Position numbers and translations under genes: made by a program
NCBI GenBank assembly: GCA_027006785.1
Contig: JALTFR010000032.1
Location: forward strand, 67,685 to 131,684
Source: Thermoplasmata archaeon
GTDB taxonomy: Archaea; Thermoplasmatota; Thermoplasmata; WALJ01
Length of the DNA: 64,000 nt
Reading direction: 5' to 3'
In this document: one piece after another, positions 30,672-39,170 of the stretch
Position numbering within the stretch: the first letter of the stretch is position 1
Layout: every line of letters begins with the position of its first letter
Notes under the pieces: model-generated
The model's database searches: none
The model's input: the letters and a program-made list of their open reading frames with translations, nothing else
What the model was told of the DNA's origin: nothing

Positions 30672-31683
30672 TTCCTGTTAATGGGATTATCTCGCTGTTT
30701 CCAAGTATGCCCTTTTCAGGGTGCAGCCAGGGTGCTTTCACGAGAAGGGCTGGCCGCCCTGTCTCTATCCCTACACTGCGCTCTTTTAAACCTTTTCTCT
30801 CAAATATGCCTGTCAGTATCCTCTCCACATATTTTCTCTCGTTCTTGGGAGTTGAAAGGTAAAGATACCTTATCTCCGCAATCATGTCCGGCTTCGCTAT
30901 CATACCGTTGTCTGTGCCAACCCTCACATCTATGCCGTGCTCCACCAGTTCCTTCACCTTCGGCCTCTTTCCGAAGAATGCGTTGGAGCGCGGGCAGATG
31001 ACCACCGGAATATTCGCATCCGCTATCGCCTGAAAGTCCTCTTCCTCCATCTCGATGGCATGGACTATCATGTCCGGCCTCAGTTCAAGCAGCTGTCCGA
31101 CATCTTCCCTTATCCTCTCGCTGAAATGTATGGCGAAGAGTTTTCCTCTTTCATGCGCCATCTCAGCGGCCATCAGTATGTCATCGAAGTCATGGTCCGA
31201 GAGAGCGCTTATTCCGAAGCCGTCGGACCTTTGCAGGAGTTCTTCCATCTCATCTTCCTTCCATTCGACAGGCCTGGACAGGATGCTCGCATCTATTTCA
31301 TGGCCCTGGAGCGCCTTTTCGATCAATTCCAGACCTTTGACCCCCCCTTCCCTGAAGTCTATGAAACCCGAGGTGAAGGTCCTTTTCATGAGGTTCAGGC
31401 TTTTTTTCATACCTGCAATCATTATTTCATCGTCGGCGGATCTCAGCGCTCTCTCCTTGAAGCCTCCTGGCCCTACAAGCCTGTCCAGAGGCAGTTTCGG
31501 AATGTGCTCTATGAATGAATCGCCGAGATGTGTGTGGTGATTGAAGAAGTACGGGATGACTATGCCCGTGGCATCAGGATAAGGGACCATTCGCTCCGAT
31601 ATCTCGGTCACAATGCCGTTCTCAACAACGACATGTCCTTCCATTAAGCCGTTCTCGGTGAGTATGGAGCCGTTGACCTTCAC
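30628..31683 (-). CDS. Amidohydrolase family protein (metal-dependent deaminase-like)
   Basis: NHHTHLGDS, DFREGG, AIHFSE, CPRSN, VGTDNGM; probable GTG start at 31683 after a TATA-like box. Confidence 0.88.
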   Translation of the reverse strand: MKVNGSILTENGLMEGHVVVENGIVTEISERMVPYPDATGIVIPYFFNHHTHLGDSFIEHIPKLPLDRLVGPGGFKERALRSADDEIMIAGMKKSLNLMKRTFTSGFIDFREGGVKGLELIEKALQGHEIDASILSRPVEWKEDEMEELLQRSDGFGISALSDHDFDDILMAAEMAHERGKLFAIHFSERIREDVGQLLELRPDMIVHAIEMEEEDFQAIADANIPVVICPRSNAFFGKRPKVKELVEHGIDVRVGTDNGMIAKPDMIAEIRYLYLSTPKNERKYVERILTGIFERKGLKERSVGIETGRPALLVKAPWLHPEKGILGNSEIIPLTGSGPDGRDKEDTDSD

Positions 31684-31750
31684 GCAGGTGGATACGGTTG
31701 GGTATAATAAGGATATCACACAGAGTTGAAAATGGAAAAGGAAAGGGGTT

Positions 31751-32755
31751 TCAGTAAAGTACGGAGCTGTTCAGGGGATAACTGGTGGCCATCCTTATGT
31801 CCTCAAAGCCCATGACGCTCTGAGAAACCCGCGTGAACCCTATTCCGCAGCCGGAATGCAGGATCGGATCCTTTTTTACAAGGTTCAGATATTCCTCGAA
31901 GTCCTGCATCGTAACCCCTCTCTTACTCAGTATTCTGAACATCTGGCTTTCTTTCAGTCTTTTAACCAGCCGCCCATAGTCATTCTCCCTCTCTGCCGAA
32001 CCCACGGATTCTCCGCTGTAGGGCATTATGAGGTCGGCGCTGTTCACCACACCCGGGTCATCATCGTTCACGCGCATGTTGAAGAACTTTATCTTCTTCG
32101 GATAGTGTGTTATGAACAGAGGCCCGTTCCCGTATTTCTCGACCAGAAAGAGCTCGTGAGCATGTGTAAGGTCGTCTCCCCACTCTATTTCCAGAGCCGT
32201 CCCCTTCAGATGCTCCACCGCTTCAGTGTATGTTATACTGTTGAAAGGCCTCAGGTACGATTCCAGTTCGTCTATGCTCCTTCCCAGGATTTCGAGGTCA
32301 TCCCTGTTGTTCTTCAGCACCTTTCGCATCATCGCCTTGATCGTTTCCTCTATGATATCGAGAAGCATCTCGAAACCTCCCTTGTGCTCGAACTCGATAA
32401 GGTGGAACTGGTTGAGATGCCTGTCATCCACGGACCCCTCCGCCCTGCTGCTGTGTATCACCGTCCACACCTTTTCATGGGATGGAATCTTCGCCTCAAG
32501 ATACAGTTGACCCGTCTGTGCGAGATATGCGGTTTTTCCGAAGTGCTCCACACTGTAGAGGGTGTCAACATTCTCGCAGGCACCTGTTATTTTTGTCATT
32601 ATTGGCACATCTATCCACCTGAAACCGCTTTTGCTCAGGTGTTCTATGGCACCCAGCATAAGGCTGTCGTTTATGTTGTCCACCGCTTTCATCCACTCGC
32701 TGTTCAGTATTCCGAACCTGTTGTCCGTAGACTTCATCCGTTCTTTGGGAATCAT
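31751..32755 (-). CDS. AsnRS-like protein lacking the anticodon domain (archaeal-type asparagine synthetase AS-AR family)
   Basis: Class II core only: YLAQTGQLYLE, RAE...DDRHLNQF.LIEFE, GESVGSAERE, HSGCGIGFTR; ATG 32755 after GGTGA. Confidence 0.8.
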   Translation of the reverse strand: MIPKERMKSTDNRFGILNSEWMKAVDNINDSLMLGAIEHLSKSGFRWIDVPIMTKITGACENVDTLYSVEHFGKTAYLAQTGQLYLEAKIPSHEKVWTVIHSSRAEGSVDDRHLNQFHLIEFEHKGGFEMLLDIIEETIKAMMRKVLKNNRDDLEILGRSIDELESYLRPFNSITYTEAVEHLKGTALEIEWGDDLTHAHELFLVEKYGNGPLFITHYPKKIKFFNMRVNDDDPGVVNSADLIMPYSGESVGSAERENDYGRLVKRLKESQMFRILSKRGVTMQDFEEYLNLVKKDPILHSGCGIGFTRVSQSVMGFEDIRMATSYPLNSSVLY

Positions 32756-32802
32756 TTCATCACCATTTTTCGACCAGAGCGCAAGACTACTTAACACTCT
32801 GC

Positions 32803-32818
32803 TGTAAAAAATCTTACA
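32803..32818. promoter_or_regulatory. Palindrome TGTAA-N6-TTACA in divergent promoter (candidate TrmB-family operator)
   Basis: Perfect 5-bp inverted repeat between AS-AR-like and TrmB genes. Confidence 0.35.
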
Positions 32819-32855
32819 ACAAAAAGCAGTTATACCCTCTCACCTTCCGGATATC

Positions 32856-33572
32856 ATGGAGCATGAAAAGATACTTCAAAAGATAGGGCTGTCACCGAAT
32901 GAGTCCATAGTCTATCTGACGCTTCTCAAGATAGGCTCGTCAAAGGCCGGGAGAATATCCAAAGAATGCGCTCTCAACAGGACCTCCACATACAATTCCC
33001 TGCGCTCCCTGATAGAGAAAGGTCTGGTCTCTTATGTCATAATAGGAAAGGTCAAGTGGTTTCAGGCATCGCCGCCCTCAAACCTCGAGGTCTACCTGAA
33101 GAATAAAATGGAAGTGCTGCACGAGGGTCTTCCCGAACTTCAGAGGATATACCAGTCTAACACGATGGAAAGTAGTGTACGACTTTTCAAGGGAAACAAG
33201 GGTGTCAGAACTGTGTTGGAGGACATAATATCAACAGGGGAGACAAATCTTATACTCGGCTCCGAAGGGCAGCTGGAGGAGAGGATGCCGCATTATGCTT
33301 CGAGATTCACGAGACAATTGAGTGAAAAAGGGATAAAGGTGCGTAGCCTGGTGCGGAGTGGCAGGAAGGGAGAGGTATCTGACAGGGCGGAAGTTCGCTT
33401 CGTCCCCGAGAATGTGGAATCCCCGATGGTCACCAACATATACGGCAACAAGATTGCGCTCATCATCTGGAGCGACCCTCCCGAGGCCATTCTGATAGAG
33501 AACAAGATGGCGGCCAAGGCCTACCGGAGCTATTTCGAGCTCATATGGGAGAGCGCAGATAGAGAGGAATGA
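32856..33572 (+). CDS. TrmB family transcriptional regulator
   Basis: LQKIGLSPNESIVYLTLL...RTSTYNSLRSLIEKGLV wHTH; C-terminal IYGNKIALI...AYRSYFELIW. Confidence 0.9.
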   Translation: MEHEKILQKIGLSPNESIVYLTLLKIGSSKAGRISKECALNRTSTYNSLRSLIEKGLVSYVIIGKVKWFQASPPSNLEVYLKNKMEVLHEGLPELQRIYQSNTMESSVRLFKGNKGVRTVLEDIISTGETNLILGSEGQLEERMPHYASRFTRQLSEKGIKVRSLVRSGRKGEVSDRAEVRFVPENVESPMVTNIYGNKIALIIWSDPPEAILIENKMAAKAYRSYFELIWESADREE

Positions 33573-33666
33573 TGAAAAAATAATCAGTTGAACTTCTCTT
33601 CTTTATCAGAATAATTCTTATATCTGCATTAAAAAGTTTTATGTACTGGGAGCAGTTAGGACACAC

Positions 33667-34188
33667 ATGGCCGAAAAGATGGCGAAGGGGGCGGTTCTGA
33701 ACGGCTACCTGAAATTCATAAAGAAGAAATGGGGTAAGATCGGTCTCGAAGAGGCCATGGGATACGCTGGACTTCAGAAGATGCCAAAGGATGCGGACTG
33801 GGGCCCGGCAGAACAGTTTGACAAGGTTCTGGAATGGATATCAAACAAAAAGGGAATTGAATATGTGAAGGAGGCTGGGAGATACTCTGCGAAGGATCTC
33901 GGCATATTCGGGTACATCTTCGGTGCCATAGTGGGTGCTGAAAAGCTGCTCAAGAGGGCAAAAGAGGTCTATCCCACCATGTTCAACTACGGTGACTTTC
34001 ATATAGAGATGAAAGGGAGCAATACTGCAATAATAAACATAAAGAGTGCCTCCCTTACTGAATACGATTGTCCTGCATGGGAGGGCGGCCTCATAGGCCT
34101 CATGGAGATAACAAGGAGCAACGGGCGTGTTCATGTGGAGGAGCCCGATTCACCGGAGGATTGTAAATTCAAGCTTGAATGGGATTAA
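33667..34188 (+). CDS. H-NOX/V4R-like small-ligand-binding protein
   Basis: KG.VL..YLKFIKKKWG start, EAGRY, C.AWEGGL.G, C-terminal C.FKLEW as in V4R-type folds. Confidence 0.6.
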   Translation: MAEKMAKGAVLNGYLKFIKKKWGKIGLEEAMGYAGLQKMPKDADWGPAEQFDKVLEWISNKKGIEYVKEAGRYSAKDLGIFGYIFGAIVGAEKLLKRAKEVYPTMFNYGDFHIEMKGSNTAIINIKSASLTEYDCPAWEGGLIGLMEITRSNGRVHVEEPDSPEDCKFKLEWD

Positions 34189-34270
34189 AATATCGGACTT
34201 GCAAGATTCCGGCTTTGAGAGTTACCAAAACCTTTAAATAGATATGAGAATTGAGAAAAATGGTGAAAAA

Positions 34271-35230
34271 ATGAAAAATAGGGTGATATTAAGCCTTGTG
34301 GCAGGGGGAGCCGTCTTTTTGCTCCTTCTAACGTCATTTTCCGGAACAGTCTCCGCATCTGTTGAGATAGACAGCTATCCTACTTTCAGCAGCGGGGACT
34401 ACTTCAATTATGATGTAAACGCCACGGGATTCGCCCGTTCCATGGAAGAGCGCTTTAGAGATGCGAATATAGAGATAGAAAGCAGTGTTGCCGAGATAAA
34501 GGTGGCAGGATATGACAAGGTTACAGACGACAGCCATACATATGATTGTGTGGTTATGGAAATGTCAATAGATATAAAAATGAGAGTGAGAGGAAGCTAT
34601 GATGGCGAGAATTATTCCGGAGAGATACACCAGATAATATCAGACAGGATGTGGCAGACAAGGTCGGATGCTAAGATGCTGAAGGATGAGAGTTCCAGTC
34701 ACGAATACACGAATATGACCATGCTATCCATCGGAAAAACCACCAGTCAGGAGAGCAAGGATATAAGCTATACATTTTATGACAATCCTGTGGAAGAGTA
34801 CAAAATACCGGTAAAGTCAGGAGAAAAATGGAGTACCACAACCGGTGAGAGAATACACCTGATAAGTATGAAGAGAGTCGGAACGGGAAAATGGCAGGCA
34901 TATGAAAGGAATTACACATCTACGGTGACGAAGGATTACGAGGTTCTCTCTGAGCAGAGCATAGATGTTAAAGCAGGAAGCTTTGATACCCTGAAGATAA
35001 AGGAGAGCAAGAACGGAAGTGAGAACTGCACATATGAGTACGTCACCTCAAAGGGTATGGTGGTAAAACTCGATATGAAATCAGGAAATGAGACCATAAT
35101 GACAGCAGAGCTCAGTTCTTACAGACTATCCGACTCAGATTCGAAATCAACGTCGGCACCAGGCCCTCTGGCATCAATTCTGGCGCTCTCTCTTGTCATG
35201 ATTGCATACGCATACCGTAAAAATAGGTAG
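34271..35230 (+). CDS. Exported beta-rich protein with PGF-CTERM-like C-terminal sorting signal
   Basis: Signal peptide; IDVKAGSFDTLKI motif; ends APG + TM helix + RKNR; GGTGA RBS. Confidence 0.8.
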   Translation: MKNRVILSLVAGGAVFLLLLTSFSGTVSASVEIDSYPTFSSGDYFNYDVNATGFARSMEERFRDANIEIESSVAEIKVAGYDKVTDDSHTYDCVVMEMSIDIKMRVRGSYDGENYSGEIHQIISDRMWQTRSDAKMLKDESSSHEYTNMTMLSIGKTTSQESKDISYTFYDNPVEEYKIPVKSGEKWSTTTGERIHLISMKRVGTGKWQAYERNYTSTVTKDYEVLSEQSIDVKAGSFDTLKIKESKNGSENCTYEYVTSKGMVVKLDMKSGNETIMTAELSSYRLSDSDSKSTSAPGPLASILALSLVMIAYAYRKNR

Positions 35231-35421
35231 TCAATCACACCTCTGTTTTGTCATAATCTGCAACTGGCCGGGTGCGATGAAAGCCCACGTGCTCCAAGTA
35301 GTGAAACTTATGTGCTAATGGAGCTGGAAACATGCCTCTATGCCTCTCATAAAGGAAAATACAGGGAGTTGCATTAGCAGGACATCCAAAAATAAAAGGA
35401 TATAAAGATGTTTTAAAGAGG

Positions 35422-35506
35422 TTTTTAAGATTCAGAGATTCTGAAGCCCTTTTACAGGGCCCTTTATTCCAGAATTCCGAAGATCTGGCTTTCTTTCAGT
35501 CTTTTA
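35422..35506 (-). repeat. Degenerate copy of an internal segment (about 31872-31964) of the AS-AR-like gene
   Basis: 24/24 identity 35483-35506 vs 31941-31964; 34/37 over 35470-35506; gapped similarity continues leftward. Confidence 0.8.
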
Positions 35507-35515
35507 CGTTCTAGC

Positions 35516-36529
35516 TCATTTTTTGCTCTCCGCTTTCTCGCACTTCCACATCTTCGCTATCTTCCTCCATACCTTCACATAACCCACCAGGAAGGGTATC
35601 TGTATCAACGGGGTAACGGCGGGAGGTATCGCCATAAGGCCCATTCCCGCGCTCATCGCTATCGCCATTGCCGTGCCCTCGTTCTTTCCAACTGATGGGA
35701 ATGTTATGGCCATGTGGTCCCTGTAGCTTATTCCCATCGCCCTGTTCAGATAGGTCAGCAGTCCGAGGGAGATAAGATAGTACAGTATCAGGGGAACAAG
35801 GGCTATGACGACCATCTCAGGCTTCTTCGCTATGAGCTTCGCCTTTTCCATGAATATCAGGAAGACGATGAGATACATACCGATGAGAGATATGGCAGGG
35901 AAGAGCGGCTTCAGCCGGAGGAAGCCCTCAGGCCCCCTCTTCTTTATCAGATACTGCCTTGTAAGAACGCCGAAGAACATTGGCACGAAAACGACCTCCA
36001 CTATCGTTATTATCAGAAGCAGTGTGGGAACGCTGATGCTCGAAGACGAGGCGTATACCCAGAGCCAGCCGGGTACTGTTACGATTGCGAGTATGAAACT
36101 GATCGCAACAATGATTGTGGCAAGCTCGAGATTTCCCTCTGTGAATCCGGTGTATGCTATGCTCATGGAGGAGCAGGGCACGACCATCGCCAGCATGAGT
36201 CCGAGGGCAAGCTGGGGGCTTAGGGGATAGAACAGGGACACGAGGTATATCAGGAGCCACATAAGGAGTGGAGCCACGACAAGGCCCATGGTAAGCCCTA
36301 TGGCAAGCTGTTTCCCCTGCTTCATGGAGTTCTTAAGCTCTCCCAGCCTCAGGTTTATCATCATCGGGTATATCATGGATATCACAACAGCGAGGTTCAG
36401 CCAGTGGAACATCTCCTTGTATTTCTTTGGGTCTATGTTCAGGCCCACGATGAAGCCGAGTATCATGGCAAGTGTCACATAGACCGGCAGGAACTTATCC
36501 AGATGGTTCTTCAGTTTCAGATAGTCCAT
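35516..36529 (-). CDS. acr3: Acr3-family arsenite efflux / BART superfamily transporter
   Basis: About 10 TM; MIYPMM, PCSSMSIAYTGFTEGN (conserved Cys), PLIQIP. Confidence 0.85.
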   Translation of the reverse strand: MDYLKLKNHLDKFLPVYVTLAMILGFIVGLNIDPKKYKEMFHWLNLAVVISMIYPMMINLRLGELKNSMKQGKQLAIGLTMGLVVAPLLMWLLIYLVSLFYPLSPQLALGLMLAMVVPCSSMSIAYTGFTEGNLELATIIVAISFILAIVTVPGWLWVYASSSSISVPTLLLIITIVEVVFVPMFFGVLTRQYLIKKRGPEGFLRLKPLFPAISLIGMYLIVFLIFMEKAKLIAKKPEMVVIALVPLILYYLISLGLLTYLNRAMGISYRDHMAITFPSVGKNEGTAMAIAMSAGMGLMAIPPAVTPLIQIPFLVGYVKVWRKIAKMWKCEKAESKK

Positions 36530-36531
36530 AT

Positions 36532-37005
36532 TCAATCCTCCTCATGGGTCTTTATTATAAGAACCGGTCTTTTTGTCCTTCTTAGGACCCTTATCGTGGT
36601 GGAGCCGAGAAGTTCCTTGGAATACCCAAGCTTTCCATGTGAGGGCAGGAGAATCATGGATACATTCTCATCATCTGCGAACTTCACTATTTCCTCATAG
36701 GGTATGCCAATCCTCACAACGCTCCGCACCCTTTTAGCTCTCAGCATCCTTCGGTATTCTTCTTCCCTTTCTTTGAGTGCCTTAATGGCATTTTCCTTTG
36801 CTCTGGATATCACGTCCTTCATCTCCTTTTTCTCGCTCTCATACATGAAGGAGTATCCGTTGAGCATATCCTCTATGTATCCCTCATCTATCACATGGAG
36901 AAGTATGCACTCCTCCACTTCCGCCGTGTTTTCCTTCTCGAATCTCTGTATGGCTCTTATGGAGCCCTTACTGAAATCCGTTGGAAACAGCACCTTTCTG
37001 AACAT
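36532..37005 (-). CDS. Universal stress protein
   Basis: MFRKVLFPTDFS, LLHVID, GIPYEEI, SHGK, LLGSTTIRVLR..KRPVLII; GAGGTG RBS. Confidence 0.92.
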   Translation of the reverse strand: MFRKVLFPTDFSKGSIRAIQRFEKENTAEVEECILLHVIDEGYIEDMLNGYSFMYESEKKEMKDVISRAKENAIKALKEREEEYRRMLRAKRVRSVVRIGIPYEEIVKFADDENVSMILLPSHGKLGYSKELLGSTTIRVLRRTKRPVLIIKTHEED

Positions 37006-37066
37006 CTTTTTCACCTCATTTCAGGATTTTTTGAACTGCCGAGCTTGACACGGTATATACGCATTA

Positions 37067-37090
37067 CGCCGAAATCGGTCTGCTTCGGCG
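37067..37090. promoter_or_regulatory. Inverted repeat CGCCGAA-N10-TTCGGCG between divergent TATA-like boxes (candidate operator)
   Basis: Perfect 7-bp IR flanked by GTATATAC on the left and AAAAACTTAAAT on the right. Confidence 0.55.
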
Positions 37091-37125
37091 AAAAACTTAA
37101 ATCAATAACCATCTTTACTGAAAGT

Positions 37126-37563
37126 ATGAGAAAAATCATAAATTCAATGAACAGAAGCCTTTACCGTGAAACAAAGGCCCTGATGATGCACTGGGGCTTC
37201 GGAGAGACATGCTCTTCCATATACGCACTTCTCTTTGTCAGCGAGGAGCCCCTTACAGCCAAGGAAGTGGCAGACGAACTGGGCTACGCCTATTCATCCA
37301 TGATAAACGAACTGAACAAGCTCAGGAGAGAATCTGTGATAAGCCGGGAAAGGAAGGGGCGAAAGTATGTCTATTCATCACGTAGGGATGTGGAGTCCAT
37401 ACTTCTCAGGGAAAAGGAGAAAACACTATCGATCCTCAACCGCATGAATGAAATATTGAATAATAAAAAAAATCTTCTGGACTCATATGTAAGACAGTCC
37501 ATACGGAAAAGCATAGATATAATAGAAAGGGGGAAAAATAATGCAAAAAAAGGAGAAAATTGA
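37126..37563 (+). CDS. GbsR/MarR-like (COG1510) transcriptional regulator
   Basis: WGFGETCSSIYALLFVSEEPLTAKEVADELGY..S.....LNKL; RKYVY wing. Confidence 0.85.
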   Translation: MRKIINSMNRSLYRETKALMMHWGFGETCSSIYALLFVSEEPLTAKEVADELGYAYSSMINELNKLRRESVISRERKGRKYVYSSRRDVESILLREKEKTLSILNRMNEILNNKKNLLDSYVRQSIRKSIDIIERGKNNAKKGEN

Positions 37564-39058
37564 AAAGAAAGAGAATGAGATGGATGAAGCAGGAATTCTG
37601 AAGTATCTTCAGGCGGTGATGGACAGCAAATTTGCGCACTATGTCATGAAAGAGATGGCGGAAACAAAGAAGATAGAGAAGTCGCTGGCGATATATGCCG
37701 GTGTGGAAAAGCCCTCTGGAGTGCGGGAGTCGCTGAGAGCCAAAACGGTATCGGCAGCAATAGAACGGGCAGCAAAACTGTTTCATGCCACTCCGGATCA
37801 GATAAAGGATTTGCTGAAGGACGCATATATGAGGAAAGGATTCAGTGCAATAATAAAGGGCATTGCAGAATACGGCATAACGAAGCCGCAGAGGCTTTCC
37901 GCTCCATTTATGGTGGTCTGGAACTTCACCAACCAGTGCAATCTCAGGTGCAAACACTGCTACGCAAATGCGAAGCCATACCCTGCACCGGATGAACTGA
38001 GTCTGGATGGAAAGATGGAGGTTCTGCGACAGCTTGACGAGGCTGGGGTTGCGGCCATATCATTTTCCGGAGGAGAACCACTCATAAACAAGGACTTCTG
38101 GCCTGTCGCAAAAAAAGCATCGGAACTGGGATTTTATGTGAGCGTCGCCACGAATGGAACGCTTATTACGAAAGATGTGGCCCGCCGTCTGAAGGAAATC
38201 GGTGTCAGGTACGTGGAGATAAGCATAGACGGACCGAATGCTGAGATACACGATGAGTTTCGTGGGGTGAAGGGTGCCTTTGAGCGCTCCATAACCGGAA
38301 TCAGGAACCTCAAAGAGGTTGGGGGAATAGATGTTGGAATAGCCACTGTTGCAACCCATCACAACCTTGCACAGATGCCCGAGATGATCAAGCTTGCCAG
38401 AGAACTGGATGTGGACAGGCTCATCGTCTTTAACTTCATACCCACAGGTCGTGGAAAGGATATAGTCAAGGATGACCTTACGCCGCAGGAGAGGGAGGAA
38501 CTCCTGAACTACCTCTACTCCGAATGGTCCAAGGGAGATATGCAGGTACTTTCCACATGCCCGGCCTATTCCCGCGTATCTCTGACCGCGGTTCTGAAAG
38601 ACAAGGGCGGCAAGGTATCTCCCACGCATTTTGCAGATGTCGAACTTCCGGAGGAGTACATGAACGCGGGCCAGACCCTTGCGGAATTTATCGGAGGATG
38701 CGGTGCAGGAAGGATATACTGCTCCATAGATTATAACGGAGATATAGAGCCCTGCGTCTTTTTGCCCATAAAAGTAGGAAATGTCATAAAGGATGGTTTT
38801 CAGCATGTATGGGATACAAGCGAGGTATTCCTGAAACTGAGAGACAGGGATGCCGAGGAATATGCCTGTTCCACCTGTCCGTTCCGCTACGTATGCGGCG
38901 GATGCAGGGCCAGAGCCTATGCCTATTTCGGAGATATACAGGGCCCCGATCCAGGATGCATCATGCAAAAGGACAGATGGGAAGAAATCACAAATAAGAC
39001 ATCTGAGGAGCTTGGGCACCATCACGAAACGGTGAAACGAGAGCATGCACTGTCCTGA
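37541..39058 (+). CDS. Radical SAM/SPASM protein (NirJ/AhbD/PqqE-like) with N-terminal extension
   Basis: CNLRCKHC, FSGGEPL, SIDG, GCGAG..YC..NGDIEPC, CSTC...VCGGCRARAY...PDPGC. Confidence 0.92.
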   Translation: MQKKEKIEKKENEMDEAGILKYLQAVMDSKFAHYVMKEMAETKKIEKSLAIYAGVEKPSGVRESLRAKTVSAAIERAAKLFHATPDQIKDLLKDAYMRKGFSAIIKGIAEYGITKPQRLSAPFMVVWNFTNQCNLRCKHCYANAKPYPAPDELSLDGKMEVLRQLDEAGVAAISFSGGEPLINKDFWPVAKKASELGFYVSVATNGTLITKDVARRLKEIGVRYVEISIDGPNAEIHDEFRGVKGAFERSITGIRNLKEVGGIDVGIATVATHHNLAQMPEMIKLARELDVDRLIVFNFIPTGRGKDIVKDDLTPQEREELLNYLYSEWSKGDMQVLSTCPAYSRVSLTAVLKDKGGKVSPTHFADVELPEEYMNAGQTLAEFIGGCGAGRIYCSIDYNGDIEPCVFLPIKVGNVIKDGFQHVWDTSEVFLKLRDRDAEEYACSTCPFRYVCGGCRARAYAYFGDIQGPDPGCIMQKDRWEEITNKTSEELGHHHETVKREHALS

Positions 39059-39170
39059 GGCCTTTATGAACAACCTGCTCAGGGGGTGGGCCCCACAGAC
39101 CTGTCTCTATCAGAAATGACAGCATCGGCCCTGAAGAGAATAGGTTCAATCAGAGTAAGGAGGTATTTTA

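Noticed and set aside
35270-35325. GCGATGA...GCTAATG as a fluoride riboswitch or C/D box sRNA
   Set aside because: Pseudoknot complementarity is missing and there is no CTGA box D; kept only as an unspecified structured candidate.
31872-35506. asn gene/relic pair as a DGR template and variable repeat
   Set aside because: No reverse transcriptase; differences include indels and non-adenine changes.
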